Virus record (IMG/VR): IMGVR_UViG_3300014205_000170
Coordinates: 32,001 to 96,000 of that record
From: a virus
Lineage: Duplodnaviria > Caudoviricetes
Reading direction: 5' to 3' (one strand)
Length of the DNA: 64,000 nt
In this document: positions 36,900-45,001 of the stretch, in pieces
Numbering within the stretch: the first letter of the stretch is position 1
Layout: every line of letters starts with the position of its first letter
The notes under the pieces: generated by a model
Databases searched by the model: none
The model's input: the letters and a program-made list of their open reading frames with translations, nothing else
Told to the model about the DNA's origin: nothing
Program-made: the position numbers and the translations under genes

Positions 36900-37282
36900 A
36901 AAAGATTAAAAAAAATACCACGAGTATTCCAGCAATATCAAATTTAGATAATGGCTGGACTTATACTAATCCAGCACTGTTACATAAGTTAAAAAAATGT
37001 ACAATTTGTTTTGATTTGTATGAACCATCAAAAAAATTAAAAAAAGGAACATTAATTATTTGTCCAGGATGTATTGAAAAATTAGGTGGAGGCTTATTGC
37101 GAATAGAAGTTTTTGTTAAAGAGTATGGTATAATCGAATATCATATACCTTTTAAAGTTCTAAATTATAAAAACGTTTTAATTGAAAAATATACTAATTC
37201 GCTAAATTCCCCAATGTTACAATTGGGTAAAAAATACAATTTAGGAAGTACTGTGCATTTTGTTAGTCCATTACCAGAATGA
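36896..37282 (+). CDS. EK-tag zinc-finger protein, family A
   Basis: CTIC..CPGC..GGGL..KNVLIEK. Confidence 0.85.
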   Translation: MKKIKKNTTSIPAISNLDNGWTYTNPALLHKLKKCTICFDLYEPSKKLKKGTLIICPGCIEKLGGGLLRIEVFVKEYGIIEYHIPFKVLNYKNVLIEKYTNSLNSPMLQLGKKYNLGSTVHFVSPLPE

Positions 37283-37653
37283 GTTTTGTAGAAAAATACA
37301 TAATGTCTTCTGATGTTGCTGCTAATAACAAAAAACCAACAGTATTTTTCAGTATAGTATGTACTGTATGTAAAACTGTTTATAGTTATAATACTATATG
37401 TGGCACAGAAGGTGAAATTTGTTCTTCATGTATTGAAAGAGCTGGAGGTGGATTCATTAAAACGGAAGTTATATTTTTTGAAGAGGTTCTTTGTTTTGAA
37501 TGGGTGAAATGTTTTTATATAACATACACTTCTCTTCAAACAAGAAATGTATTAACAGAAAAACACATCAACTCAATGAACACTTCTCTTGTACAGATAG
37601 CACAAAAGCACAAAGCTGTAATGACTGAAAAAAGAGGAGAACAGTTATGGTGA
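37279..37653 (+). CDS. EK-tag zinc-finger protein, family A
   Basis: CTVC..CSSC..AGGGF..RNVLTEK, second copy KAVMTEK. Confidence 0.85.
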   Translation: MSFVEKYIMSSDVAANNKKPTVFFSIVCTVCKTVYSYNTICGTEGEICSSCIERAGGGFIKTEVIFFEEVLCFEWVKCFYITYTSLQTRNVLTEKHINSMNTSLVQIAQKHKAVMTEKRGEQLW

Positions 37654-38000
37654 TGTTTGTTGAAAAAATATTAAAGAAAATTTATAGTAAACACAATTAT
37701 AAAAGAGATATTTTTTGTTCATATTGCGATTCAATGTTTGCTTGTAAGCGTATTGTGAATTATCATTATTGGGCTTGTAATGAATGTTTAAAAGAAACCG
37801 GTGGCTTTTTAATAGAAACAAGAACAGTACACACATCAGAATACACAACAGAAGAGTGTTCTTCAACCATAAGCTTTTTTATTACAAATAAAATTTTGGC
37901 AAACAGAAATGTATTAACAGAAAAACATAGGAATACTATTAATGACTCTTTAATAAGAATAGCTATCAAAAATGACGCAAAATTTGTTGTTTCTCCTTAG
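37647..38000 (+). CDS. EK-tag zinc-finger protein, family A
   Basis: CSYC..CNEC..GGF..RNVLTEK. Confidence 0.85.
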   Translation: MVMFVEKILKKIYSKHNYKRDIFCSYCDSMFACKRIVNYHYWACNECLKETGGFLIETRTVHTSEYTTEECSSTISFFITNKILANRNVLTEKHRNTINDSLIRIAIKNDAKFVVSP

Positions 38001-38013
38001 TTATCTTGAAGAG

Positions 38014-38044
38014 TGTAACAATTTTAACAATTTTTCGTTTAATT
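38014..38044 (+). promoter_or_regulatory. ECF-type promoter, class II
   Basis: TGTAAC 38014-38019, N16, CGTTTAATT from 38036. Confidence 0.75.
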
Positions 38045-38052
38045 AAAAGACT

Positions 38053-38295
38053 ATGCATATTGTTAAAAATGAACATAATTCTCTTGGATTAAATCAAGAG
38101 AGTGTAAGAAGATGTTCTTCTTGTCTTACTCCTAATCCAGATAAAGGAAGGGCGTTTGACGGAAGACGTGCTTATCGTTGTAAATGTTGTAGTAATGTAT
38201 GGTCAGAAGGAATGCAGGGTCGAAAGAAGACCTTTAGTATTCAACGATACGGATTTCAATTTGCAGATAGTAAAGGCATTGGACACGTTGCTTAA
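38053..38295 (+). CDS. zinc-ribbon hypothetical protein
   Basis: CSSC..CKCC. Confidence 0.75.
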   Translation: MHIVKNEHNSLGLNQESVRRCSSCLTPNPDKGRAFDGRRAYRCKCCSNVWSEGMQGRKKTFSIQRYGFQFADSKGIGHVA

Positions 38296-38304
38296 TCTAG
38301 TCAC

Positions 38305-38559
38305 ATGTTCAGCTTTGGAATAATGGATGGCGAAGAGTGTGGACGAAATGGCTGTAAAGGCATTTTGGAAGAAAAACCACAAGAATTGGAAGGATGTTCT
38401 TGTCATCTTCATCCACCATGTGCTTATTGTGTAAACAAAGTTGGATGCTGTCCAATTTGTGAATGGAATACATTGGACAGTTTAAACACAAGAGTAATGT
38501 TGTTTGAAAAATATGAAACCATTAAAAAAGAAAAGAACAAGCGGCGAAATACGCGTTAA
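38305..38559 (+). CDS. Cys-rich protein with C-terminal EK-tag
   Basis: CGRNGCKG..CSCHLHPPC..C; TRVMLFEK. Confidence 0.8.
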   Translation: MFSFGIMDGEECGRNGCKGILEEKPQELEGCSCHLHPPCAYCVNKVGCCPICEWNTLDSLNTRVMLFEKYETIKKEKNKRRNTR

Positions 38560-38647
38560 GAAACATGCGAAAGAAATTCGTAAATTACTTAAGAACTCTC
38601 GTCAAAAAGTTTCAGCAAAAAGAATTTCTAATTTATAAAAATACCAA

Positions 38648-39682
38648 ATGAGAAAACTAGCTTCCATACAAAGAGTAGATAAAATCAGACCGATTGAGAA
38701 TGCCGATAGTATCTGTTGTGCTAATATTTTAGGTTGGCAAATTGTATGTAGAATAGGAGATGTGAAAGAAAGTGATTTGGTTGTTTATTGCGAAATAGAC
38801 AGTTTATTGCCGGATATTGATTTATTTCAAGATGTCAAAAAAATCACTAGCGGAACTATGCGTATACGCACCGTTAGAATGAGAGGACAGGTATCACAAG
38901 GAATTTGTTTTCCAATAAGTATTGTTGAGAATTTTGGTTTATCAGTTACAAACATGACTATTGGCCAGGATGTAACCGATGCGATGGGTATAAAAAAATA
39001 TGAAGATGTGTTACCAGCCGAATTATTGGGTAAATCAAAAGGATATATGCCATCTGTAATACCTAAATCAGACTTATACCGTGTGCAAACAATGCAAGAT
39101 GTTCTTGATAAATACCAAGGAACTCTTTGTTATGAAACTGAAAAGTTAGACGGAGAAAGCATTACTTTTTATTTAAAAGATAATGTGTTTGGTGTTTGTT
39201 CTAAAGTTGTGGATTTTATTGAATCTGAAGATTCTGTACATTGGCGAATTGCAAAACAATTTAAAGTTGAAGAGAAATTAAGATTATATTCCAAAACCAA
39301 AGGAGCTAACTTGGGGTATAATTATTCAATGCAGGGCGAAATCATTGGAGAGGGAATCAAAAAAAATAAATACAAAATAAAGGGCCAAAAAGTATTTTTA
39401 TATAACATTTTCAACATTGATAAACATTGTTATTTAAACTACGATGAATTTGTTATGGCTACTACTGTATTAGATTTAGAAAGAGTACCTTTAATCAACG
39501 ATAGGCTCATTTTAAGTAATGATATTAATGAACTTGTTGCTTTATCAAATGGCAGGTCTATGCTATATGATACCAAACGTGAGGGAATTGTGATTACTCC
39601 GTTAATTGAAATAAATGATATTATTGGTCGCATAACCTTTAAGGTAATAAGTCCTGAATTTTTAATTAAACATGGTGAATAA
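38648..39682 (+). CDS. RNA ligase, DRB0094-like family
   Basis: MRKLASIQR N-terminus, RGQVSQG, motif I EKLDG, QGE, REGIV, FKVIS. Confidence 0.88.
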   Translation: MRKLASIQRVDKIRPIENADSICCANILGWQIVCRIGDVKESDLVVYCEIDSLLPDIDLFQDVKKITSGTMRIRTVRMRGQVSQGICFPISIVENFGLSVTNMTIGQDVTDAMGIKKYEDVLPAELLGKSKGYMPSVIPKSDLYRVQTMQDVLDKYQGTLCYETEKLDGESITFYLKDNVFGVCSKVVDFIESEDSVHWRIAKQFKVEEKLRLYSKTKGANLGYNYSMQGEIIGEGIKKNKYKIKGQKVFLYNIFNIDKHCYLNYDEFVMATTVLDLERVPLINDRLILSNDINELVALSNGRSMLYDTKREGIVITPLIEINDIIGRITFKVISPEFLIKHGE

Positions 39683-39953
39683 AATGGATAAATCAATAAC
39701 AAATTTTATTGGGTGCACTTTTTTAAAAACAAATGATAGAGTAAAATTATCACAAAGATGTGGTGATTTTAAAATGTTAAACAAAATAACTCCTCAATAT
39801 ATTTCAGATGGACTACAAAAAGAAAAAGAATATATTATAACAGATGCCACACCAATTCTTAAAGTAGTAGATGCGGACCAACAGTTTGTAAGTGTGAATG
39901 GAGCTCCTTCCATGTCTTATCCTTGTTGGTGTTTTGAAAAAATCAATAATTAA
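39672..39953 (+). CDS. hypothetical protein
   Basis: ORF. Confidence 0.7.
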   Translation: MVNKMDKSITNFIGCTFLKTNDRVKLSQRCGDFKMLNKITPQYISDGLQKEKEYIITDATPILKVVDADQQFVSVNGAPSMSYPCWCFEKINN

Positions 39954-39971
39954 TTCATTTAAACATCAATT

Positions 39972-40457
39972 ATGTTATGTATAGGCTTGTTTGGTACGTG
40001 TGGTGGTAGTTCGTGGAGAACTGCTTTTATTGAAGCGTATCAAAAGCTTGGTATTGAACATTATAATCCACAAGTGGAGGATTGGAGACCAGAATTAGCC
40101 CAAATAGAAGCAGAGCATTTATTAAATGATGAAATCATTCTATTTCCAGTTACTGACGAAACTTATGGAACCGGTAGTCTGGCCGAAACAGGCTTTTCAA
40201 TCCTTCAAACGGTTAATTCTAGTGAAAATAGGTCTGTTGTCATTTTAATACATAAAGATGTCAAGGAAGAGCTTAAAATAGCCAATCCAGCCCTTGCCAA
40301 AGAAAGTATGAGGTCACGAGCTCTCGTAAATGCTCACCTCTCTAAAATCAAGAAAAACAATGTATACATTGTGGATACGCTTGAGGACATGCTTAATGTC
40401 AGTTTAAAACTTTATGAAGTCCATTCGATTTTAAGAGAATTAAAATTAAAAAGCTGA
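39972..40457 (+). CDS. nucleoside 2-deoxyribosyltransferase-like protein
   Basis: IGLFGTCGGSSWR..YNPQVEDW..SLAETG. Confidence 0.7.
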   Translation: MLCIGLFGTCGGSSWRTAFIEAYQKLGIEHYNPQVEDWRPELAQIEAEHLLNDEIILFPVTDETYGTGSLAETGFSILQTVNSSENRSVVILIHKDVKEELKIANPALAKESMRSRALVNAHLSKIKKNNVYIVDTLEDMLNVSLKLYEVHSILRELKLKS

Positions 40458-40468
40458 AATAAATTTAT

Positions 40469-40476
40469 TAAATTTG
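40469..40476 (+). promoter_or_regulatory. Bacteroidota-type -7 promoter element
   Basis: TAAATTTG 4 nt before ATG 40481. Confidence 0.5.
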
Positions 40477-40480
40477 ACAC

Positions 40481-40933
40481 ATGCAAATCCCTGTAATTCC
40501 AAAATATAAAACGGTTCTTATTGAAAAACAATTATCAAAATTTGAAATTGATTTTTTTGATGTGATTAACGATGGAGTTTGGTTGGAGGATTTTAATCAT
40601 TGGCCAGATAACTATTTCTTTTTTAAGTTTTTCCAAAAAGAAAAACAAGAATGTATTTTTAGATTTAGTGCAATTGGAAATGCTTTTTATTGCGATATGG
40701 ATTTGTGGAATTATTACGAAAAGCAATATAGTATTTATTCTGAAAATGTTTTTTTGAATACATTTACAAAAACTTTAAAAAAGTTTTTTAATTTATCTAA
40801 CATACATTTTTTATATCCAACAAAACTTGATAAACAAGCTGATTTACTTCCTTGGTATGAGTGGTTAAATGTATACAATAATAGAATTACATTTTATGAA
40901 AAAGAAACAAGAACTTTAACTTATATAAAATGA
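40481..40933 (+). CDS. EK-tag protein
   Basis: KTVLIEK. Confidence 0.8.
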   Translation: MQIPVIPKYKTVLIEKQLSKFEIDFFDVINDGVWLEDFNHWPDNYFFFKFFQKEKQECIFRFSAIGNAFYCDMDLWNYYEKQYSIYSENVFLNTFTKTLKKFFNLSNIHFLYPTKLDKQADLLPWYEWLNVYNNRITFYEKETRTLTYIK

Positions 40934-41232
40934 GTAAATATTATTGTTCAGGCTGTCAACAAATCATTGAGCGAGATTGGAATGGGAAAACTTACAGTAG
41001 TTATTGCGATACTATTGAAAAAAAAGTGGTCTTAAAAAAATTAGAACTCATTCCTATTTCTGAATTATCAATATTCAAACCAAAGAAACATATAGATTTT
41101 GTTTGGACGGATAAATTAGTATTAGAATTTAATAAAATATCAACCTCTGGTTCTTATGGTATTTATTCAGATTGTAAAAGCATTAAATCAAAATTGAAAA
41201 AATTTAAAGAAATAAACAAATCTTTGAAATAA
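40930..41232 (+). CDS. hypothetical protein
   Basis: ORF. Confidence 0.7.
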   Translation: MSKYYCSGCQQIIERDWNGKTYSSYCDTIEKKVVLKKLELIPISELSIFKPKKHIDFVWTDKLVLEFNKISTSGSYGIYSDCKSIKSKLKKFKEINKSLK

Positions 41233-41645
41233 TGATAGAACTGATTGAAAATACTATTATAGAAGAATTTAAACCTCTACAAAATGATTGGGAAGCCAAA
41301 TATAAACATATCATTAATATAGGCAAGAGTCTACCAACACTGGATAACAAGCATAAAATCAAAGAGAATTTAATTAAGGGCTGTCAAACTCAAGTGTGGT
41401 TACATGCTAGGATAAGTGATGATGATAAAATAATTTATACGGCAGATAGTGATGCAGCTATAACTAAAGGAATGATAGCTTTAATTATTCGTGTACTTTC
41501 AAATCAACTTCCTCAAGATATTATACAGGCCGATTTAAAATTTATAGATACAATAAATCTAAAAGAGCAATTGTCTCCGACACGTTCTAATGGTTTATTA
41601 AGTATGATTAAACAAATGAAAGAAGAAGCTCAAAGATTTTTATGA
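41232..41645 (+). CDS. sufE: SufE family Fe-S cluster sulfur-acceptor protein
   Basis: IKGCQTQVWL (active Cys), ADSDAAITKG, LSPTRSNGL. Confidence 0.93.
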   Translation: MIELIENTIIEEFKPLQNDWEAKYKHIINIGKSLPTLDNKHKIKENLIKGCQTQVWLHARISDDDKIIYTADSDAAITKGMIALIIRVLSNQLPQDIIQADLKFIDTINLKEQLSPTRSNGLLSMIKQMKEEAQRFL

Positions 41646-41851
41646 GCTCATTAGAAGAATATATAGCCATAACTTCAATTCCAGTATCTATCTGGATGTT
41701 AAATTACGTATTGGAATATGCGATTAAAAAACATGATAAAAAAAAGTCTCAACGTTTGCATGACCACTTACACAATACGACAAGAAGACGTGTTTTGTTG
41801 GAAAAAATTAAAAAAGAAAAATTTGAAACAAATAATATTAGCATGATTTAA
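41642..41851 (+). CDS. EK-tag protein
   Basis: RRVLLEK. Confidence 0.7.
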   Translation: MSSLEEYIAITSIPVSIWMLNYVLEYAIKKHDKKKSQRLHDHLHNTTRRRVLLEKIKKEKFETNNISMI

Positions 41852-41852
41852 A

Positions 41853-42116
41853 ATGAAACAATTTCAAGAAGAAGGACCTCAACAAATAATAATTCCGGAA
41901 CAAAAATTCATGTCTTGTTCGCGTTGTAAATATTTTAGTAATGATTTACTAAAATCTGGTAAAAACCCAAAGTATAAATCCAATTGCAATCATCCTTCTA
42001 TAGCGGAAAATAAATCATTGAATTTATTTTGTGGCAATCTTCATGAAAATCTTAATAGAATTGTGGAAACTCCAACATGGTGTCCTTTTTTAAAAACTGA
42101 ATCGAAAGAAAAATAA
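41853..42116 (+). CDS. Cys-rich hypothetical protein
   Basis: CSRCKY..CNHP..TPTWCP. Confidence 0.75.
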   Translation: MKQFQEEGPQQIIIPEQKFMSCSRCKYFSNDLLKSGKNPKYKSNCNHPSIAENKSLNLFCGNLHENLNRIVETPTWCPFLKTESKEK

Positions 42117-42767
42117 GTGCCGAAGGTAGTTCAATCTTTAAATAAACCAGGCAAGAAGACCAAAAAGCCTATAAAAAAGATTGATTATGATTTTTCTTCG
42201 AGAATAGTCATAACTGAAAAATCCAATAAACAACTTGAAAGAATTCTTTCTTCTTTAGATAATAGTCAATATACTACTGAGATAATCCCTTTAAACAACA
42301 ACGATATTGCTATTTATCAAACTTGTGAAAAATTATCCAAACAAATTTTTGGAAAAGCATCAAAAAAAATAGATGTTGTACGTTTAATGATTTTTGACAC
42401 ACATACATTTAAAAACATTGTTCTACAATATTCTTTGGAAAGATATTTTGAAATGCAACGTGACTGTCAATTTACAACCAGTTCTTCATGGAAAGATTTT
42501 ATTATGACTGGATTAATAGCTATACCAACACAAGCAAAACATTCTCTCATAAAATATGCTGTACAAAATAGACTTGATAGGTTAAAAAAAGAAATAGAAT
42601 TTAATTTTCCTTATTTTCTAATAACAAGAGCTTTAATTCTTCCGTCAGCAATTAAAATTGAAAACATATATAAAGACTTTAAAAGACAAGATTCACGCTT
42701 TATTAAAAAAGAAATTAATAATTTTTGTGATAAAGTAAAAGCATTTGAAATAGCAACACCACAATAA
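42117..42767 (+). CDS. EK-tag protein
   Basis: SRIVITEK. Confidence 0.8.
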   Translation: MPKVVQSLNKPGKKTKKPIKKIDYDFSSRIVITEKSNKQLERILSSLDNSQYTTEIIPLNNNDIAIYQTCEKLSKQIFGKASKKIDVVRLMIFDTHTFKNIVLQYSLERYFEMQRDCQFTTSSSWKDFIMTGLIAIPTQAKHSLIKYAVQNRLDRLKKEIEFNFPYFLITRALILPSAIKIENIYKDFKRQDSRFIKKEINNFCDKVKAFEIATPQ

Positions 42768-43225
42768 TGGACCCATTAAGAAAAGACATATACGAAGAAT
42801 TAGAATCTGCTTTTGACGTTGGAGGTCATAGAAATTTTGGTGGTTGTGTTGAAAACATTCTTGATGTGTTCGAAAAACACAACAACACTATTACGTTGGA
42901 GATTTTATTAAGGAAAACAGAAAACACAGTTATTCAATATGCGCGACCCAAATTAAGCATTAAACAAGTAGAAGATTTTTATTTAATGTTACAAGGGAAA
43001 GATATAGATTCTGATGGTTTTTCTTTAGGACATAAATTTAATTTAACTCCAAACAAAGCGTTTACTATTATTTGGTACTTACAAGAAATATTAAAAATTA
43101 TTCCTGACCGGTTTGAAAAGTGTGATGTTTGCAAAGAACTATATAATTCTTATAGTAGTGGACATTATTCAGAAAAAAAAGGAAAACATTATTGTGATTC
43201 TTGCGACACTTTTGAAGATGAGTAA
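42767..43225 (+). CDS. hypothetical protein with C-terminal zinc ribbon
   Basis: AFTIIWYLQE..CDVC..CDSC. Confidence 0.8.
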   Translation: MDPLRKDIYEELESAFDVGGHRNFGGCVENILDVFEKHNNTITLEILLRKTENTVIQYARPKLSIKQVEDFYLMLQGKDIDSDGFSLGHKFNLTPNKAFTIIWYLQEILKIIPDRFEKCDVCKELYNSYSSGHYSEKKGKHYCDSCDTFEDE

Positions 43226-43466
43226 TAATGAAACGCATATAGTAGATGAAAATTCTCTTAAAAGAATTGTGCTGTTTGAAAAAAGCAATTTATATGTTAA
43301 GATTTTTCCAATGCTTAAACGTTGGTATTATTTTCAACAAACAAATCAAGAAGTGGAATCCATAGATGAGTTTATTGCAATTAACAGAACGCTACAAGAA
43401 CATAATATAACGATTGAGGAGTTTTTAATAAGTAGAATACTATATAAATCGAAAGCTAAAACATGA
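43218..43466 (+). CDS. EK-tag protein
   Basis: KRIVLFEK; start set to ATG 43218. Confidence 0.75.
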   Translation: MSNNETHIVDENSLKRIVLFEKSNLYVKIFPMLKRWYYFQQTNQEVESIDEFIAINRTLQEHNITIEEFLISRILYKSKAKT

Positions 43467-43720
43467 AAAAAGCAGAAATAATAAAAAATGGCAATGTTAA
43501 TCTGAAGGGGATTGATTTAAAAGAAAAAGATAAGGTTTATGTTACAAACATCCCAGATATTGGAAATGTGTACGTTGGCGATAAAATCCCCGTTAAAACC
43601 TGGACTTGGATAAAAGTAATGGCTTATGTAGATGGTTATGTTATGGGTAGATATAAGGGTTGTATGGCTTTTGCGGACTCCCTAGAAGCATTCAAAAAAA
43701 GAGTTCAATCAGAAAAATAA
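43463..43720 (+). CDS. hypothetical protein
   Basis: ORF. Confidence 0.7.
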   Translation: MKKAEIIKNGNVNLKGIDLKEKDKVYVTNIPDIGNVYVGDKIPVKTWTWIKVMAYVDGYVMGRYKGCMAFADSLEAFKKRVQSEK

Positions 43721-43747
43721 CCTATTGATAACAAGATAGTTGTAAAA

Positions 43748-43776
43748 GTAACAAAATGGGATTTTTTCCGTTCAAT
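43748..43776 (+). promoter_or_regulatory. ECF-type promoter, class II
   Basis: GTAAC 43748-43752, N16, CGTTCAAT from 43769. Confidence 0.65.
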
Positions 43777-43791
43777 AATTTAGTGTTAACT

Positions 43792-44061
43792 ATGGACTTA
43801 AAAGAGATTTTACAAGACCCTATCTGGATGAATCATAAAATCGGAGATACCTATTCTATGGTTAATGTAGGAGGTAAAAGTGATGGCAAGGTTTGGAAAA
43901 TAGCTTATTATCCTTTGTTTGGAACATATAAAGGTGAAGGAGATAATACGAAGTGGGTTGAATTTGATGAACCAAGAGCATTAGTAGAAACACCGCTGGA
44001 CAAAGGAACAGACTTCAGAGAAGTACCGTTAAGATATTTGAGTAAAAATGGAAAAAATTAA
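43792..44061 (+). CDS. hypothetical protein
   Basis: start moved to ATG 43792, behind promoter. Confidence 0.75.
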   Translation: MDLKEILQDPIWMNHKIGDTYSMVNVGGKSDGKVWKIAYYPLFGTYKGEGDNTKWVEFDEPRALVETPLDKGTDFREVPLRYLSKNGKN

Positions 44062-44629
44062 AATTACCGATACGATGTTGCAATTGGCCGGATTTCAAAA
44101 ATTTGAAACGGTTATTGTTAAAACACATAATTACATTAAAGGTGACTTTAAAATGAATACTGCATTGCCTTTAATCTTTTTTTATAAAGAAGAAAATTTG
44201 GGAAAAATTGAATACATGGATGAACTTTTAAAAATTTATCTTGATAAGACTGGAGAACCATTAGAATTTAAATACATACCTATCGATAAAGAAAAAAAAC
44301 AAACACTTATAGCTTGGTATGAGGCCCACAAACAAACAAGCACAAATAGCAGTTTATTATTGTTGAACCATACAAAATTTTCAGATTTATGTGCTTCTCG
44401 CATGAATGTTTCTCAAATAGCAGACAATATGTTATATGCTATTTCTCTTGAAGATGAAGATAATCCAAAAGAATTAACAAGACATTTAAAGGCAAATCAA
44501 GATAAAAGTTGTTGTTCTCATATTTCTATTTTAAAAGATAAACATCCAGAGTGTATTGAAAAATCTAATGAATGGTTTGAATCTCAAAAAAATCTGTTAC
44601 AACACATTCAAAAATACTTGCTTAAATAA
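44048..44629 (+). CDS. hypothetical protein
   Basis: ORF. Confidence 0.8.
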   Translation: MEKIKITDTMLQLAGFQKFETVIVKTHNYIKGDFKMNTALPLIFFYKEENLGKIEYMDELLKIYLDKTGEPLEFKYIPIDKEKKQTLIAWYEAHKQTSTNSSLLLLNHTKFSDLCASRMNVSQIADNMLYAISLEDEDNPKELTRHLKANQDKSCCSHISILKDKHPECIEKSNEWFESQKNLLQHIQKYLLK

Positions 44630-44995
44630 ATGATAGATATTTTAAATAATAAAAGACAAGTATTGGTTGAAAAGCATAATTTTCAGTTTTTAGCCTGTTA
44701 CATCAACAATTGGAAAAACACAATAGTGCGAAATCAATTTTATGAAGCAGCTGCTATATTAAGAGAGTGTGCAAAATTATTAGAAATGGACTTTGAATCG
44801 AAAGGAAATAAGTTCAGTTGTGCTGATACAGATTTTTGGTTTCAAGTAATTACAAAATACATGGAGCCAAGAATTTTAGAAAAAATAAAAGAGTCACAAA
44901 AAGATGAAAATAAAACTTTAAAATATGCTAAAAAGTTTGAAGCTTTGGTGAAAAAATTTAAAGAATTAGAAAGAGAAGAAAACAAACAAGAATAA
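44630..44995 (+). CDS. EK-tag protein with UVR-like motif
   Basis: KRQVLVEK; NQFYEAAAILRE. Confidence 0.75.
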   Translation: MIDILNNKRQVLVEKHNFQFLACYINNWKNTIVRNQFYEAAAILRECAKLLEMDFESKGNKFSCADTDFWFQVITKYMEPRILEKIKESQKDENKTLKYAKKFEALVKKFKELEREENKQE

Positions 44996-45001
44996 ATTAT
45001 A

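Noticed and set aside
38513-38638. Frameshifted extension of ORF 38305
   Set aside because: The alternative frame has its own ATG at 38513 (MKPLKKKRTSG...), so it is more simply a separate small gene.
39133-39153. ETEK in the RNA ligase, HEIEKK in CYTH and CIEKAG in family A as tag copies
   Set aside because: These are catalytic or structural motifs and lack the basic-x-hydrophobic pattern; they were not counted.
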